From the NCBI RefSeq assembly GCF_006345805.1, contig NC_043013.1:13516001-13580000 (forward strand): 64,000 nucleotides of DNA, in the 5' to 3' direction. The notes below the pieces were generated by a model that was not told where the DNA came from, made no database searches, and saw only the letters and a program-made list of their open reading frames with translations. The translations under genes were made by a program, and so were the position numbers. How positions within the stretch are numbered: the first letter of the stretch is position 1; each line of letters starts with the position of its first letter. Below, one piece after another: positions 1 through 10,638 of this stretch. Source of the DNA: Octopus sinensis. Its lineage: Eukaryota.

Positions 1-339
1 TTTGTGTGCAATGGACATAACTCAAAAATTAATTCGTTTGTCTAGATTTACTATTTCTAAGAGATTAAAGGAGTATGTGGTTATATAGCAGAGAACTCTT
101 GCTAAATACAGCAGGAGCCTGGTTCTATGAGCATTATCTCAGGAGCCTTATTTGTTTTTGTTGATTCTTGGGATTCAGTCATATTATTTACATGAATCAA
201 AGTAGTAAAAATAAAGACAACACATGACTTGTAGCTTTTTAATCTCTAACCACCACCTGTTTCAGAAATCCTTCAAAGACCCTAGATACTTCACTTTTCC
301 CTTTGTCTAAGTTAGAAATATTATAACAATGAAAATATA

Positions 340-575
340 AAAAGAAAGAGGTACCTTGAGGACTGTAGGAAATTTGAATTAAACTGGGGAATATGCTAGG
401 TGGAGAAGAACTTTGTAGCCAAGTTTCCTCAACTTCTGGAGCATCATTAGTGAAACCTATGGCCGAGCATTGTCACGAAGAATGATTGGCTCTCTTCTGT
501 TGCCTTGTCTGGAACGGAGTAGTAGCAGTTTTTTGTTCATTTTGCGTAAAAAGTAAGCAACATTTTAAATCATGA
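340..575 (-). mobile_element. mariner transposase C-terminal remnant
   Basis: Reverse strand translates KMNKKLL...PIILRDNARP*V...LRKLGYKVLLHLAYSPV, a degraded form of the mariner HDNARPH...LGWEVLPHPPYSPDL motifs. Confidence 0.8.
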
Positions 576-719
576 AGAATTTGTACTGGATTTTTTTCAG
601 AGTTTTGAATTATTTAAAGCACTTTATTGCAATTGTATGATAATATAGACATAGACTTAACCAAATGCAACGGTAAATTAACATTGATATTTCTTTAGCC
701 GTTGTCAGAATCATCTGAA

Positions 720-1340
720 ATGGAGTTGTCAATGCGCGATATTCAAGCAAGTTTGCTATTCAACTTCAAAATTGGATGCAAAGCAGCTGAAACTGCTTGT
801 GATATCAACGAAACATTTGTTGAGTTGTCATCTCGAAAATAGTTTAAACGATTTTGCAGTGGAGACTAGGGCCTTGAAGATTGTGAGCGTAGCCCATCTG
901 TCATCGATTACAGTAAATTAAAGACCGTCATTGAGAAAGATCCCTGTACAACGACCTGAGAACTAGCACGTGAACTTCACGTTAACCAGAAAACTGTTTG
1001 AAACCATTTGTATGCAATCGAAAAATCAATAAAGCTCGACAAATGAGTACCACACGATTTGAATGAATATCAGGAAATGTACAGATATGAAATTTGTTCG
1101 TTGTTTCTTCTCCGTAACCAGACCGAACCATTTTTCAACCATATTGTAACTTGTAAGAAAAGTAGATTCTGTACAATTAAAAAGAAGTCTTTGCAGTGGT
1201 CGGAGAGTAATATGGAGTACTAAAACATTTCCTAAACCTGAGCTCTTCACATGGTTATAGTGACTGTTTTGTTGGTCACTGATGGAGTCATCCCCTTATA
1301 ATTTCTTTAAACCCGGAAAAATCATTAACTTAGACAACAG
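720..1340 (+). mobile_element. mariner transposase N-terminal remnant (HTH to first half of catalytic domain)
   Basis: Frameshifted translation MELSMRDIQASLLFNFKIGCKAAETACDINE...KRFCSGD*GLED...ELARELHVNQKTV...K*VPHDL...FFNHIVTC...FFKPGKII; homologous to the mariner at 59550-60600. Confidence 0.85.
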
Positions 1341-1344
1341 TCGA

Positions 1345-1940
1345 TCAAAATCAGGTCCTTCAATACTTGTTGAATTTTTGAACACACTTAAATCCATTGG
1401 GATGCTACCGCATAGCTTGACATTAAAACTGGGTGCTCCCATTATGTTGCATAAGAATCTTGACCCATTTAGCCTGTGTAATGGAACTCACTTAATTGTT
1501 ACTTCCAAGAAGCCCCATGTCCTTCAGGCAACAATCATAACAGGTAGTCACAAAGAAGAAAATGTCCTTATTTCAAAAATTCCTCTCGTACCTACAGATG
1601 TTCCATTTGAATTTAAGAGGCTTCAGTTTCTAGTCAAACTAAGTTTTGGTATTTCAGTTAACAAATATCAGAGTCAATCCCTCAAAGTAGTTGGACTTGA
1701 TCTCTCCACTACAAACTTCTCCCACGTCCAACCTTTGTTACTCCCTTGCGAGTTGGAAGCAGCAATAATTATTTCAACACCAACAAAAAATGGCACAGTG
1801 AATATTGTTTACCCTGAGGTGCTTCGGCATTGACAGATTTTCAGTTCAAAATTCTATTAACATTACAATTTGTATATATTATTGTTTACTAATGTAAATA
1901 AGAAATGCAATAACCCAGACAACGTCGGTCATTCAGCTAG
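1345..1940 (+). mobile_element. Helitron 3' fragment (PIF1-like helicase C-terminus plus 3' terminus)
   Basis: ORF 1282-1833 contains EFLNTL..G.LPH.L.LKLGAPIML..NLDP..LCNGT.L.V, FEFKRLQF.VKL.F.I.VNK.Q.QSL.VVGLDL and TVNIVYPEVL. It is followed by a short imperfect hairpin and CTAG at 1937-1940, as expected for a Helitron 3' end. Confidence 0.9.
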
Positions 1941-2033
1941 CATACACACGCACACACACATACATATAAACACACGTATACATAATTATATATATACATG
2001 CCTTCATATATATGGATATTTATATATATATAT

Positions 2034-2796
2034 AAATAAAATAAGAGGCTTCCAAAGAGGAAAGCCTTGTGCTAGAAAGAACAGTAGAAAAACTCAAATC
2101 ACCAAATAAAGATAAATTCTTGAAAGGAATGAAAATTAAAACGTTTACCATCTCAATTATTTCCCAGGCCATGGTTTCTAACTATTTCCAGCAAAAAAAT
2201 ATTCACTGAAGGTCAGTTTTATCAGTGGGACAGCCTTTAGATTTCAAATATACACACAGCCAGTTCCACATGTAAAACTAACTGCCTGTATATCCTAACT
2301 TTCCAGATCACTGCGCAGACACAGATTATACCCGGCGACAGAGAGGATGCCGATAAAAATTTCGAACAAATTTCTCAAGGAATAAACATAATAAATATCA
2401 ATAGGGTAATAAGAAATTATTATTACCAGTGGCCTAGCACAAAAACGAATTAGTCATTAGACTATATATTATTCACATAGAAATATAATGTCGCCGGGTA
2501 TAATCTGCGTCTGCGCAGTGGTCTGAAAAGTTAGGATGTACAGGCAGTTAGTTTTACATGTGGATCTGGCTGTGTGTATATTTGAAATCTAAAGGCTGTC
2601 CCACTGATGAAACTGGCCTTCAACAAATATTTTTTTGCTGGAAATAGTTAGAAACCATGGTCTGGGAAATAATTGAGATCGTAAACGTTTTTAATTTTCA
2701 TTACTTTCGAGAATTTATCCTTATTTGGTGGTTTAAGTTGTTCTACTGCTCTTTCTAGCACAAGGCTTTCCTCTTTGGAAGCCTCTTATTGTATTT
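2034..2796. repeat. long inverted repeat / foldback (arms ~2034-2340 and ~2489-2796)
   Basis: Direct reverse-complement match over ~305 bp (e.g. ataagaggcttccaaagagg...tatacccggcgaca vs tgtcgccgggtata...cctctttggaagcctcttat), with a ~148-bp spacer and mostly transition mismatches. Confidence 0.95.
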
Positions 2797-2997
2797 CTAT
2801 TGTATTTCAGAGGTAAGTGTTGGTCGAATATAGAGCGGAATTTGAAATTAAATGAAAGACAATGGAGAGATTATGCATTCTCTTTACCTTGTCATTTATT
2901 TTTCAACGCACTTTTTTATATACACTTATACATGTGTATATATGTAAGTGCATACGCATGTGTGTATGTGTGGTATGGTGTGTGTGTGTGTGTGTGC

Positions 2998-3315
2998 AAA
3001 GGCACACGTCTTAGTGGCTAAGTGCTTTGCGTATTTGACTCACAATCGTAAGGTTGTGAGATCGAGTCAGAGCAGCGCGTTGTGTCCTTGGACAAGATAC
3101 TTTATTTCACGTTGATCCGGTCCACTCAGCTGATAAAAATGAGTTGTACTTGTAACACCTTGTCACATTGTGTGTTCTGCTTCATCTTCAAGAGAACAAT
3201 GTTAGGGATGTGCGTGTCTGTGGAGTGCTCAGCCACTTGCACGTTAATTTCAAGACCATGCTGTTCTGTCGATCGGATCAACTTCTTATCGTATCCAACA
3301 GAGTGCCAGTTCTAT
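2998..3315 (+). mobile_element. tRNA-derived SINE (degraded)
   Basis: A-box-like ttagtggctaag and B-box-like gagatcgagtc head, then gtgtccttggacaagatacttt...ccactcagctg..aaaatgagt, a typical SINE core. Confidence 0.7.
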
Positions 3316-3606
3316 AGGCATATATGTGTTTGTGCGTGTGTGTGAGTGCATTCATATATGTATGTATATGTATATGCATATATGAATCTATATATCTGTG
3401 GAATGGTGTATGAATGTATGTGTGTGTAGGGGAGGCGTGATTATGCATCTGTATAGCAATTCATTAGAGTTCCTCTTTCTAATGTCTGGGAACATCAAAA
3501 TCTCCCCACCAACACTTTCAGTATAACTCAATCTATATTCTGATACTCTCTCTTTTTCTCCCCTTTCTCTTTTTCCACTCTCTCTCTTTCTCTCTCTCTC
3601 TCCTCT

Positions 3607-3645
<39 letters not shown>

Positions 3646-3752
3646 TATTTTTCTGTGTCAGAACAAACGCAATAAATATATTTTTAGACCATAATGATTT
3701 TTATAATAAAATATATATATATATAAAACTAAAATTTCGATTTAATTTCCAG

Positions 3753-3912
3753 GGATTGTGGCCTGCAAACTATTCTAATGGAGGAGAGTACGCCTTGGAT
3801 CCTAATCATACACATTTTATCCTTGTTGATGATGGTACCAACGACACTTCTGGGGTAGAACTTGAATTCAAAAAACAGTTAGAAGATACTATTTTACAAA
3901 TCAAAAGGCAAA
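3753..3912 (+). CDS. TRPM: TRPM-like channel exon (SLOG domain), paralog A
   Basis: AG/GT-bounded 160-nt exon (phase 0 to phase 1) reading GLWPANYSNGGEYALDPNHTHFILVDDGTNDTSGVELEFKKQLEDTILQIKRQ. LDPNHTHFILVDDGT is the TRPM/SLOG signature. Confidence 0.9.
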
Positions 3913-4091
3913 GTAAGTTGTTATTAGAGAAATAAAACCATAAAATATAGACCGGAAATGAAATATTAAGGATAACTGGTTAAGTTTATATATACATCAT
4001 ATTAATTTACTCTCTTTAATAGCAAACCAGTCTTTTATTGGTTATAGTTAGGTTATTATTAATAGTTAACATCTAAACAATTCTATTCTTC

Positions 4092-4191
4092 NNNNNNNNN
4101 NNNNNNNNNNNNNNNNNNNNNNNNNNNNNNNNNNNNNNNNNNNNNNNNNNNNNNNNNNNNNNNNNNNNNNNNNNNNNNNNNNNNNNNNNNN
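4092..4191. other. assembly gap (100 N)
   Basis: Run of exactly 100 n. Confidence 1.
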
Positions 4192-4516
4192 ACATTGCTA
4201 CTCGAAAACATGCTTGAGTATTATTAAAGTTATTGAAGATTCAATCTGTGTTATGTATTTCTTGAACGTGAACTTGAATGTTAACAAAATGTTAAATAGT
4301 CATCAGTTATCAGTCATTTCACCTGAAAACTTAGCGCAATAAAGTCGGACTATCTTCCTGCGGCATGACATCTTTTACAGTTACACATTGTGACGTCACT
4401 GACGTGACATCAAGCTGTATTCATGCGCGCTTCAACACGATGTGAAGAATTTAATTATTAGATTAATAAAATATGGTCGTTTATTCGTGTGTAATAAATA
4501 AAATACCAAACTCATA

Positions 4517-4576
4517 CCCTATGGATACCGTATTTATTACAACTCGTGGCTTGTAATAAATACGGTATCCATTGGG
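4517..4576. repeat. short perfect hairpin
   Basis: atggataccgtatttattacaa (4521-4542) pairs with ttgtaataaatacggtatccat (4551-4572) around an 8-nt loop; ccc/ggg extends the stem after one mismatch. Confidence 0.9.
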
Positions 4577-4993
4577 AACTCGTTTAGTATTCTCTATGTA
4601 TTAAACATGCTAAAGCACACGGGAGCACGATTCCAGCCCGGAACAGGATGACTTTGACGATGATGTTGATGCTCATAATGGGGAGAAGGGGGATAGAGTA
4701 TACCACTGTATCGACCAGATTATTAAATGCTGCTGTATTTCACTACGGACTGGTCACAGTGAGCTCTTTCTTGATTGCATGATTCTTGTCCATTTTGACC
4801 CCAATTTTTGAACTAAATCATGTTCCCATAGTCATAGAGGCCTTCTGTGTGGCCCTGTCCAATCTGTCGGATATCACTCAGCAGCTGTGTTGGATGGGTG
4901 CATCGCCAACAAGGGACGATGGACAAATGCGTTGCTATGATTTAGGAGAAATAAACAAGCAACGAAAATATCACTGAGAGAGAAAGAGAGAGA

Positions 4994-5044
<51 letters not shown>

Positions 5045-5230
5045 ATACAATTTTCACTATAAGTGGGTGCGGGGGAGATAGAGAAATGTTATAATATCGG
5101 AATTTCAACGTTTCGTAAAAAGAGGACTGTTTTTGCAGGAAAAAAACATAAAAGGAATTAGTTCAACTTACATGAAGACAATTTACCGGGTGTTCTATCG
5201 GTATAAACGTCTTCAGCAGCATGTTTCCGT

Positions 5231-5235
5231 GTATG

Positions 5236-5267
<32 letters not shown>

Positions 5268-5325
5268 TATATATATATATTTATATATATATATTTATAT
5301 ATATATATATTTATATATATATATT

Positions 5326-5356
<31 letters not shown>

Positions 5357-5392
5357 ATTTATATATATATATATTTATATATATTTATATAT
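5231..5392. repeat. (AT)n microsatellite with TTTA interruptions
   Basis: Direct reading; source of the spurious YI-rich ORF 5133-5402. Confidence 0.95.
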
Positions 5393-5488
5393 GATTGATT
5401 GATTGATTGATTGATTGATTCTAGTTTCAGCTTATGAGCTGTGGCCATGCTGGGGCACCGCCATTTGGTGTTGCTACTTGGTTTCACT

Positions 5489-6451
5489 TCACGAAAGCTT
5501 TCTAGCAACTGCCATTTGGTGCATGAGAGAGTTCGATGCAGCTGCCCTCATCTGCCCCTCCTGCCGTGAAGTTGGTTCATCTGGGACACCTGACAGGAAG
5601 AGATCCAGCTTCATTTTAAAGACATCTGCATCCACCCCATGCAGATCTCTCAGGTTCTTCGGGAGGATATTGAAGAGCTGTGGGCCGCGGAAGCCCAGGC
5701 TATCACAGAATCTTGTCCTACATCTTGATGGCAAGTTTGGAGTCCTAGGCACCACGCAGTGGCGCCCAGTTCTGGCATTTGCGTAACTCTCGATACCAAA
5801 GTTTAGGACACGTCCCTCCAGGATCTTCCAGATGTATATTATGGCATATCTTTCCCGCCTACGCTCCAGGGAATATAGTTTTAATCTCTTGAGTCTTTCC
5901 CAGTAGCTTACATTCTGCATAGAGGCTATCTTCTTCGTGTAGCTACGTTGGATCGCCTCGAGCTCTGTGATCAACTTGACACTGGATGGTGACCATAACT
6001 GAGAGCAGTAGTCAAAGTGGCTTAGGACAAGTGTCCTCCAGAGGACCATCATGGTTTCTTGTTCTCTTGTTCTAAAGGTTCTGAGGATCCATCCGGCCAG
6101 TCGTCTACATTTCATTGCCAATTTAGCAACATGTACACGAAAGGTCGTGTCATCACTCATGTAAATACCCAGGTCACGCACTGATTGTGCCTCTGGGATT
6201 GCAATTCCTCCGGGTCCAGTGTATTCATTGGGTATTGCATTTAGTTTTGCATGCTGATAGTATAGAGCTTGAAACTTTTCAGCATTGAACTGCATGCTAT
6301 TCTTTTCAGCCCACTTGTATATTTTGTCCAGCTCACATTGCAGGTGTTTAGTGTCCTCAGGGTTCTGTATTGCCTGTGAAACTTTTGTATCATCTGCATA
6401 ACTTGTGATCGTGGCTCTCTGCGTGGCTGAGGGCATGTCTGAGAGGGCCAT
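5489..6451 (-). CDS. LINE ORF2 C-terminal part (RT YADD motif, thumb and C-terminal domain)
   Basis: SYADDTKV, QFNAEKFQAL, VRDLGIYM, LRTFRTRE, YCSQLWSP, LEAIQRSYTKKI, LYSLERRRERY; just upstream, SGVPQGTVL..PLLF carries a 1-nt frameshift. Confidence 0.9.
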   Translation of the reverse strand: MALSDMPSATQRATITSYADDTKVSQAIQNPEDTKHLQCELDKIYKWAEKNSMQFNAEKFQALYYQHAKLNAIPNEYTGPGGIAIPEAQSVRDLGIYMSDDTTFRVHVAKLAMKCRRLAGWILRTFRTREQETMMVLWRTLVLSHFDYCSQLWSPSSVKLITELEAIQRSYTKKIASMQNVSYWERLKRLKLYSLERRRERYAIIYIWKILEGRVLNFGIESYANARTGRHCVVPRTPNLPSRCRTRFCDSLGFRGPQLFNILPKNLRDLHGVDADVFKMKLDLFLSGVPDEPTSRQEGQMRAAASNSLMHQMAVARKLS

Positions 6452-6508
6452 TATGAACAGTAGTGGTCCAGAACAGTGCCCTGCGGAACACCGCTCACTA
6501 TTTGCGTG

Positions 6509-7696
6509 TTAATGGAAGTGGTTAATTTCCAACAGTTTTATTTTTAGGCGGGACTTTTCACTGCTTTCAATCTGTTTGTTTAGGCGATTTGAAAATTTTG
6601 TACGCCGTCTCATTAAAATTTTCCTCTCTCTGGGGATTTTGTTCTTGTGTACAGTGGCCTTTCTCTCTGGGACACATTTGTAGCATATGGCTTGCATTAC
6701 AGACATGAATTGTTGAAGTTTCACGTCGATGTCTGGCGAGGAGAGACATTTAGGCCAGTTTTGTTTGAGGATCTCTTTCTCAATTTGTTTCCAGTTTGCC
6801 TTATGGTAGTTCAAGCTGGAAAGATTCTGAGGGTTTCTTGTAGGCTGCATGTCCGTGCTCTCTTTTGGCCCGTACATGGTCAGCTCTATCATGTTGTGAT
6901 CCGAGAGTAGTGTCGGTGTCACTTTCACATTATGAATGAGATCCATGTCATTTGTGAAGCAGAGATCCAGTGTGTTACCTGCCCTGGTTGGTTGGAGTAT
7001 TACCTGCTCCATGTACAGGGTGTTGATGAGGTTCAGGAGGGACCTCGCCTGTCCTCGTTCACATCTCGTCATTCCTGGGAGAGAAAGGCCCTCGGGCCAT
7101 CTGACATTGGGCAGATTGAAGTCTCCCATAAGAAGTACACTTATGTGTTGTTCTAATGTGGTTAGAACTTCTATTTTTAAAAGGCAGTCTTCAAACTTGC
7201 CCACATGGCTTGGGGCATCTGGAGGGCGATATGTAGCACACACAACTACATCAAGTTGCCTAATATGTACAATTAGTGTGTCACACACCGAGTTTGAGTA
7301 TGACAAGAGGACCTGGGGTGTGAGGTCCTCACGGATGTACATAGCAACACCTCCATGACTCCTTTCTTTTCTGTCGGTCCGTAGTACAGCATACTGTGGT
7401 ATGTGTAACTCCGCATCTGCTATGTCCGGTTTCAGGTGCGTTTCCGTAAGTGCTATGCATAAGGCTTGATTGCATGCAACAAAGTCTCTCAGGAACGGGA
7501 TTTTTGTCTTGTTACTGAGTGTTTGCAGCCCTCTGATGTTCAGTAGGAGCATCGAGGTGAGGTGTACGTTGTTGCCGGCGGTGTCCATCCTGGGTCTGTT
7601 TGCTGTGGTGGTCTTGTATATAGTGGGTAGTCCCACCTCCGGGCTTGAGTTTGATGAAGCCAGGTCAGCTGCTGTACAATCTTTTGTGCCATGCAC
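6509..7696 (-). CDS. LINE ORF2 N-terminal part (APE endonuclease)
   Basis: LNIRGL, IALTETHL, RTDR...HGGVAMYI, ATYRPP, LMGDFNLP, PTR.GNTLDLCFTN, LSDHNMI motifs. The ORF ends at the internal deletion near 6525. Confidence 0.92.
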   Translation of the reverse strand: MHGTKDCTAADLASSNSSPEVGLPTIYKTTTANRPRMDTAGNNVHLTSMLLLNIRGLQTLSNKTKIPFLRDFVACNQALCIALTETHLKPDIADAELHIPQYAVLRTDRKERSHGGVAMYIREDLTPQVLLSYSNSVCDTLIVHIRQLDVVVCATYRPPDAPSHVGKFEDCLLKIEVLTTLEQHISVLLMGDFNLPNVRWPEGLSLPGMTRCERGQARSLLNLINTLYMEQVILQPTRAGNTLDLCFTNDMDLIHNVKVTPTLLSDHNMIELTMYGPKESTDMQPTRNPQNLSSLNYHKANWKQIEKEILKQNWPKCLSSPDIDVKLQQFMSVMQAICYKCVPERKATVHKNKIPRERKILMRRRTKFSNRLNKQIESSEKSRLKIKLLEINHFH

Positions 7697-8445
7697 AAAA
7701 AAGATTGTAGCTCAGCAGCTGCCCTTTCGACAACATCATGTTGGCGGTTTGTGGCACGCACAACATTTGCGTACCTCCGCTTTGGGGCAGGTGGTGCGTG
7801 GTCCATCCTTTTTCCTTGTGTTGATGGTTTGTCCATCTGCCTCGTGTCTCTGTGGCAGGGTCCCCGATGTGCAAAGCGGCAGCCTGCACCTTGCTTTCCA
7901 TGCCAGCAGGAACCTCTCAGGTAGAACCTACACACCCGTGTGCGCTGTTTGTTTCCATCTTTTGCGGTTCCACTTCTATTCCTGGTTGTTTCACCCTTTG
8001 GTCCTGCTTGAGCTTTTCCTTTAGCTCTTCCAGTCCTTCTTTTAGTTCTTCCTCCTCCCTCTACCTCTTCACCGGCTTCTCCGTCTCCATGGCCCTTGCT
8101 GCCGGTTGGAGAACTTGCACCTGGGTTCACTTCCCGGGCAGGTTTCTCACTCAAAACCTCCTCCCGGGCGTCCACCAGGTGGGGGTGACTTCTTTCATCG
8201 TCTCCATTCTTGCCATCTTTGCCCCGCTCGTTCTCAAAGATGGCATCAAGAGCGCCAATGTGCGACCGTATAAGCGCATATGAGCGCACGAATTCTCGTC
8301 TCTTTCGCTCCATCTGAGCCGCTGTCCTCTTGTAGCCGTTGTTCTTCAGCGCAGCCGCAATCACCTCGCTAGGGCTATCTCCGTCGGCGCATTTCCAGGC
8401 TCGTACGAATAAATCTAGTTCGTCAGGTCTCCAGGCTCTGGACAT
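7540..8445 (-). CDS. LINE ORF1 with N-terminal Myb/SANT (trihelix)-like domain and CCCH zinc finger
   Basis: Intact 301-aa ORF just upstream of and overlapping ORF2. N-terminus W.PDELDLFVRAW...EVIAAALKNNGYKRTAAQMERKRREF..SY; C-terminal CRFYLRGSCWHGKQGAGCRFAH. Confidence 0.75.
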   Translation of the reverse strand: MSRAWRPDELDLFVRAWKCADGDSPSEVIAAALKNNGYKRTAAQMERKRREFVRSYALIRSHIGALDAIFENERGKDGKNGDDERSHPHLVDAREEVLSEKPAREVNPGASSPTGSKGHGDGEAGEEVEGGGRTKRRTGRAKGKAQAGPKGETTRNRSGTAKDGNKQRTRVCRFYLRGSCWHGKQGAGCRFAHRGPCHRDTRQMDKPSTQGKRMDHAPPAPKRRYANVVRATNRQHDVVERAAAELQSFLCMAQKIVQQLTWLHQTQARRWDYPLYTRPPQQTDPGWTPPATTYTSPRCSY

Positions 8446-8504
8446 GCTGGATAATCTGTCTATTTGTTTATCTATCTAAATATGTTCGAGAGAAGACAAG
8501 AAGA

Positions 8505-9805
8505 TATTAAGGCTAATTAGAAGATAGAGTATTTGAAAATATATTAACAATATAAAAGTTTGTGGGTAAAAACGTTATTTAATCTTAAGGCTAATTAGAA
8601 GATAGAGTATCTGAAAATATATTAACAATATTAAAGTGTGGGTAAAAACGTTATTTAATCTTAAGGCTAATTAGAGGATAGAGTATCTGAAAATATATTA
8701 ACAATATTAAGGTGTGGGTAAAAACGTTATTTAATCTTAAGGCTAATTAGAAGATAGAGTATCTGAAAATTATTTAACAATAATTAGAAGATAGAGTATT
8801 TGAAAATATATTATCAATATTAAAGTGTGGGTAAAAACGTTATTTAATCTTAAGGCTAATTAGAAGATAGAGTATTTGAAAATATATTAACAATATTAAA
8901 GTGTGGGTAAAAACGTTATTTAATCTTAAGGCTAATTAGAGGATAGAGTATCTGAAAATATATTAACAATATTAAGGTGTGGGTAAAAACGTTATTTAAT
9001 CTTAAGGCTAATTAGAAGATAGAGTATCTGAAAATTATTTAACAATAATTAGAAGATAGAGTATTTGAAAATATATTAACAATATTAAAGTGTGGGTAAA
9101 AACGTTATTTATTCTTAAGGCTTAAATTAGAAGATAGAGTATCTGAAAATTATTTAACAATAATTAGAAGGTAGAGTATTTGAAAATATATTAACAATAT
9201 TAAAGTGTGGGTAAAAACGTTATTTAATCTTAAGGCTAATTAGAAGATAGAGTATTTGAAAATATATTAACAATATTAAAGTGTGGGTAAAAACGTTATT
9301 TAATCTTAAGGCTAATTAGAGGATAGAGTATCTGAAAATATATTAACAATATTAAGGTGTGGGTAAAAACGTTATTTAATCTTAAGGCTAATTAGAAGAT
9401 AGAGTATCTGAAAATTATTTAACAATATTAAAGTGCGGGTAAAAACGTTATTTATTCTTAAGGCTAATTAGAAGATTGAGTATCTGAAAATATATTAACA
9501 ATGTTAAAGTGTGGGTAAAAACGTTATTTAATCTTAAGGCTAATTAGAGGATAGAGTATCTGAAAATATATTAACAAATATTAAAATGTGGGTAAAAAAG
9601 CTAATTAGAAGATATTAAAGTGTGGGTAAAAAATTAGAAGATATTAAAGTGTGGGTAAAGGGTAAAAAACGTTGTTTATTCTTAAGGCTAATTAGAAGAT
9701 AGAGTATCTGAAAATTTTTTAACAATGTTAAACAATATTAAACAATATTAAACAATATTAAACGTTATTTAATCTTAAGGCTAATTAGAAGATAGAGTAT
9801 CTGAA
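8505..9805. repeat. 76-bp tandem repeat (~17 units, with truncated variants)
   Basis: Unit taaggctaattagaagatagagtatttgaaaatatattaacaatattaaagtgtgggtaaaaacgttatttaatct recurs, e.g. at 8851 and 8927 (period 76). Confidence 0.95.
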
Positions 9806-10514
9806 AGAGGAGAGATGAGAAGGTAAGAGAGGAAAGATTATTTATCTATCTAAAGTTCATGAAAGTTCACGTCCATGCATATATACGCATACATATATAC
9901 ATACACGCATACATATATACATACACGTGCACACACACACACATATACACAGACGGAGAGAGAAGGAAGGTGGAAGAAAAAGAAAGTGAGTGAAAATATA
10001 TTAAACTATATATATTAAAGTGTGAAGAAAGGGTTATTTAATTCTGAAGCCAATTTCTGCTTTCGAGAACAGATATTGAGATGTAAACAAAACAAAAATG
10101 GCGATCGTAACTTTAACGGAGATGTGGGCTTAAGTTAAGGGGGATAAAATAGGATAATAAACAAAGTATGAAATAGAAGATGAAAGTGATACTTAATCCA
10201 ACGATGTGGTCTGGATTTTTTGTGGTTTACGGGATTGTTTTCCAGGAGGGATGCTTCTTTTTCCTTCTTGCAGGAGATAACTTGATTCAGTGAGTTTTTT
10301 CCACCATGTGCGTTTTCGGCGAAAATGAAAATTACTGTATATATGTATATATATATATATTTTTTTAAAATATTTTTAACCAAAGTGTTGTAATGATCTC
10401 TATGACTTAGAGTTTTACGTTTTGCTACTTCAGTAGGTTATTTCGCCGATCTATGCAAACTTTTTCACAGAGCAAAGGCAATCACGTCTTTCTCTGCTGA
10501 AAACGGAATCGGAT

Positions 10515-10535
10515 ATATATATTTCTATATATTTC

Positions 10536-10570
<35 letters not shown>

Positions 10571-10605
10571 CTATATATATTTATATATATATTTATATAT
10601 ATATT

Positions 10606-10638
<33 letters not shown>

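Larger units (their letters stand above)
5394..9866 (-). mobile_element. near full-length APE-type non-LTR retrotransposon (Proto2/CR1-group-like), internally deleted
   Basis: ORF1, APE endonuclease, RT C-terminal half, short 3' UTR (ggcggtgccccagcatggccacagctc) and (AATC)n tail at 5394-5417. The 5' boundary is approximate and the clade assignment is tentative. Confidence 0.85.

Noticed and set aside
8505-9805. CRISPR-like array
   Set aside because: Units are contiguous with no unique spacers, there are no cas genes, and the context is eukaryotic.
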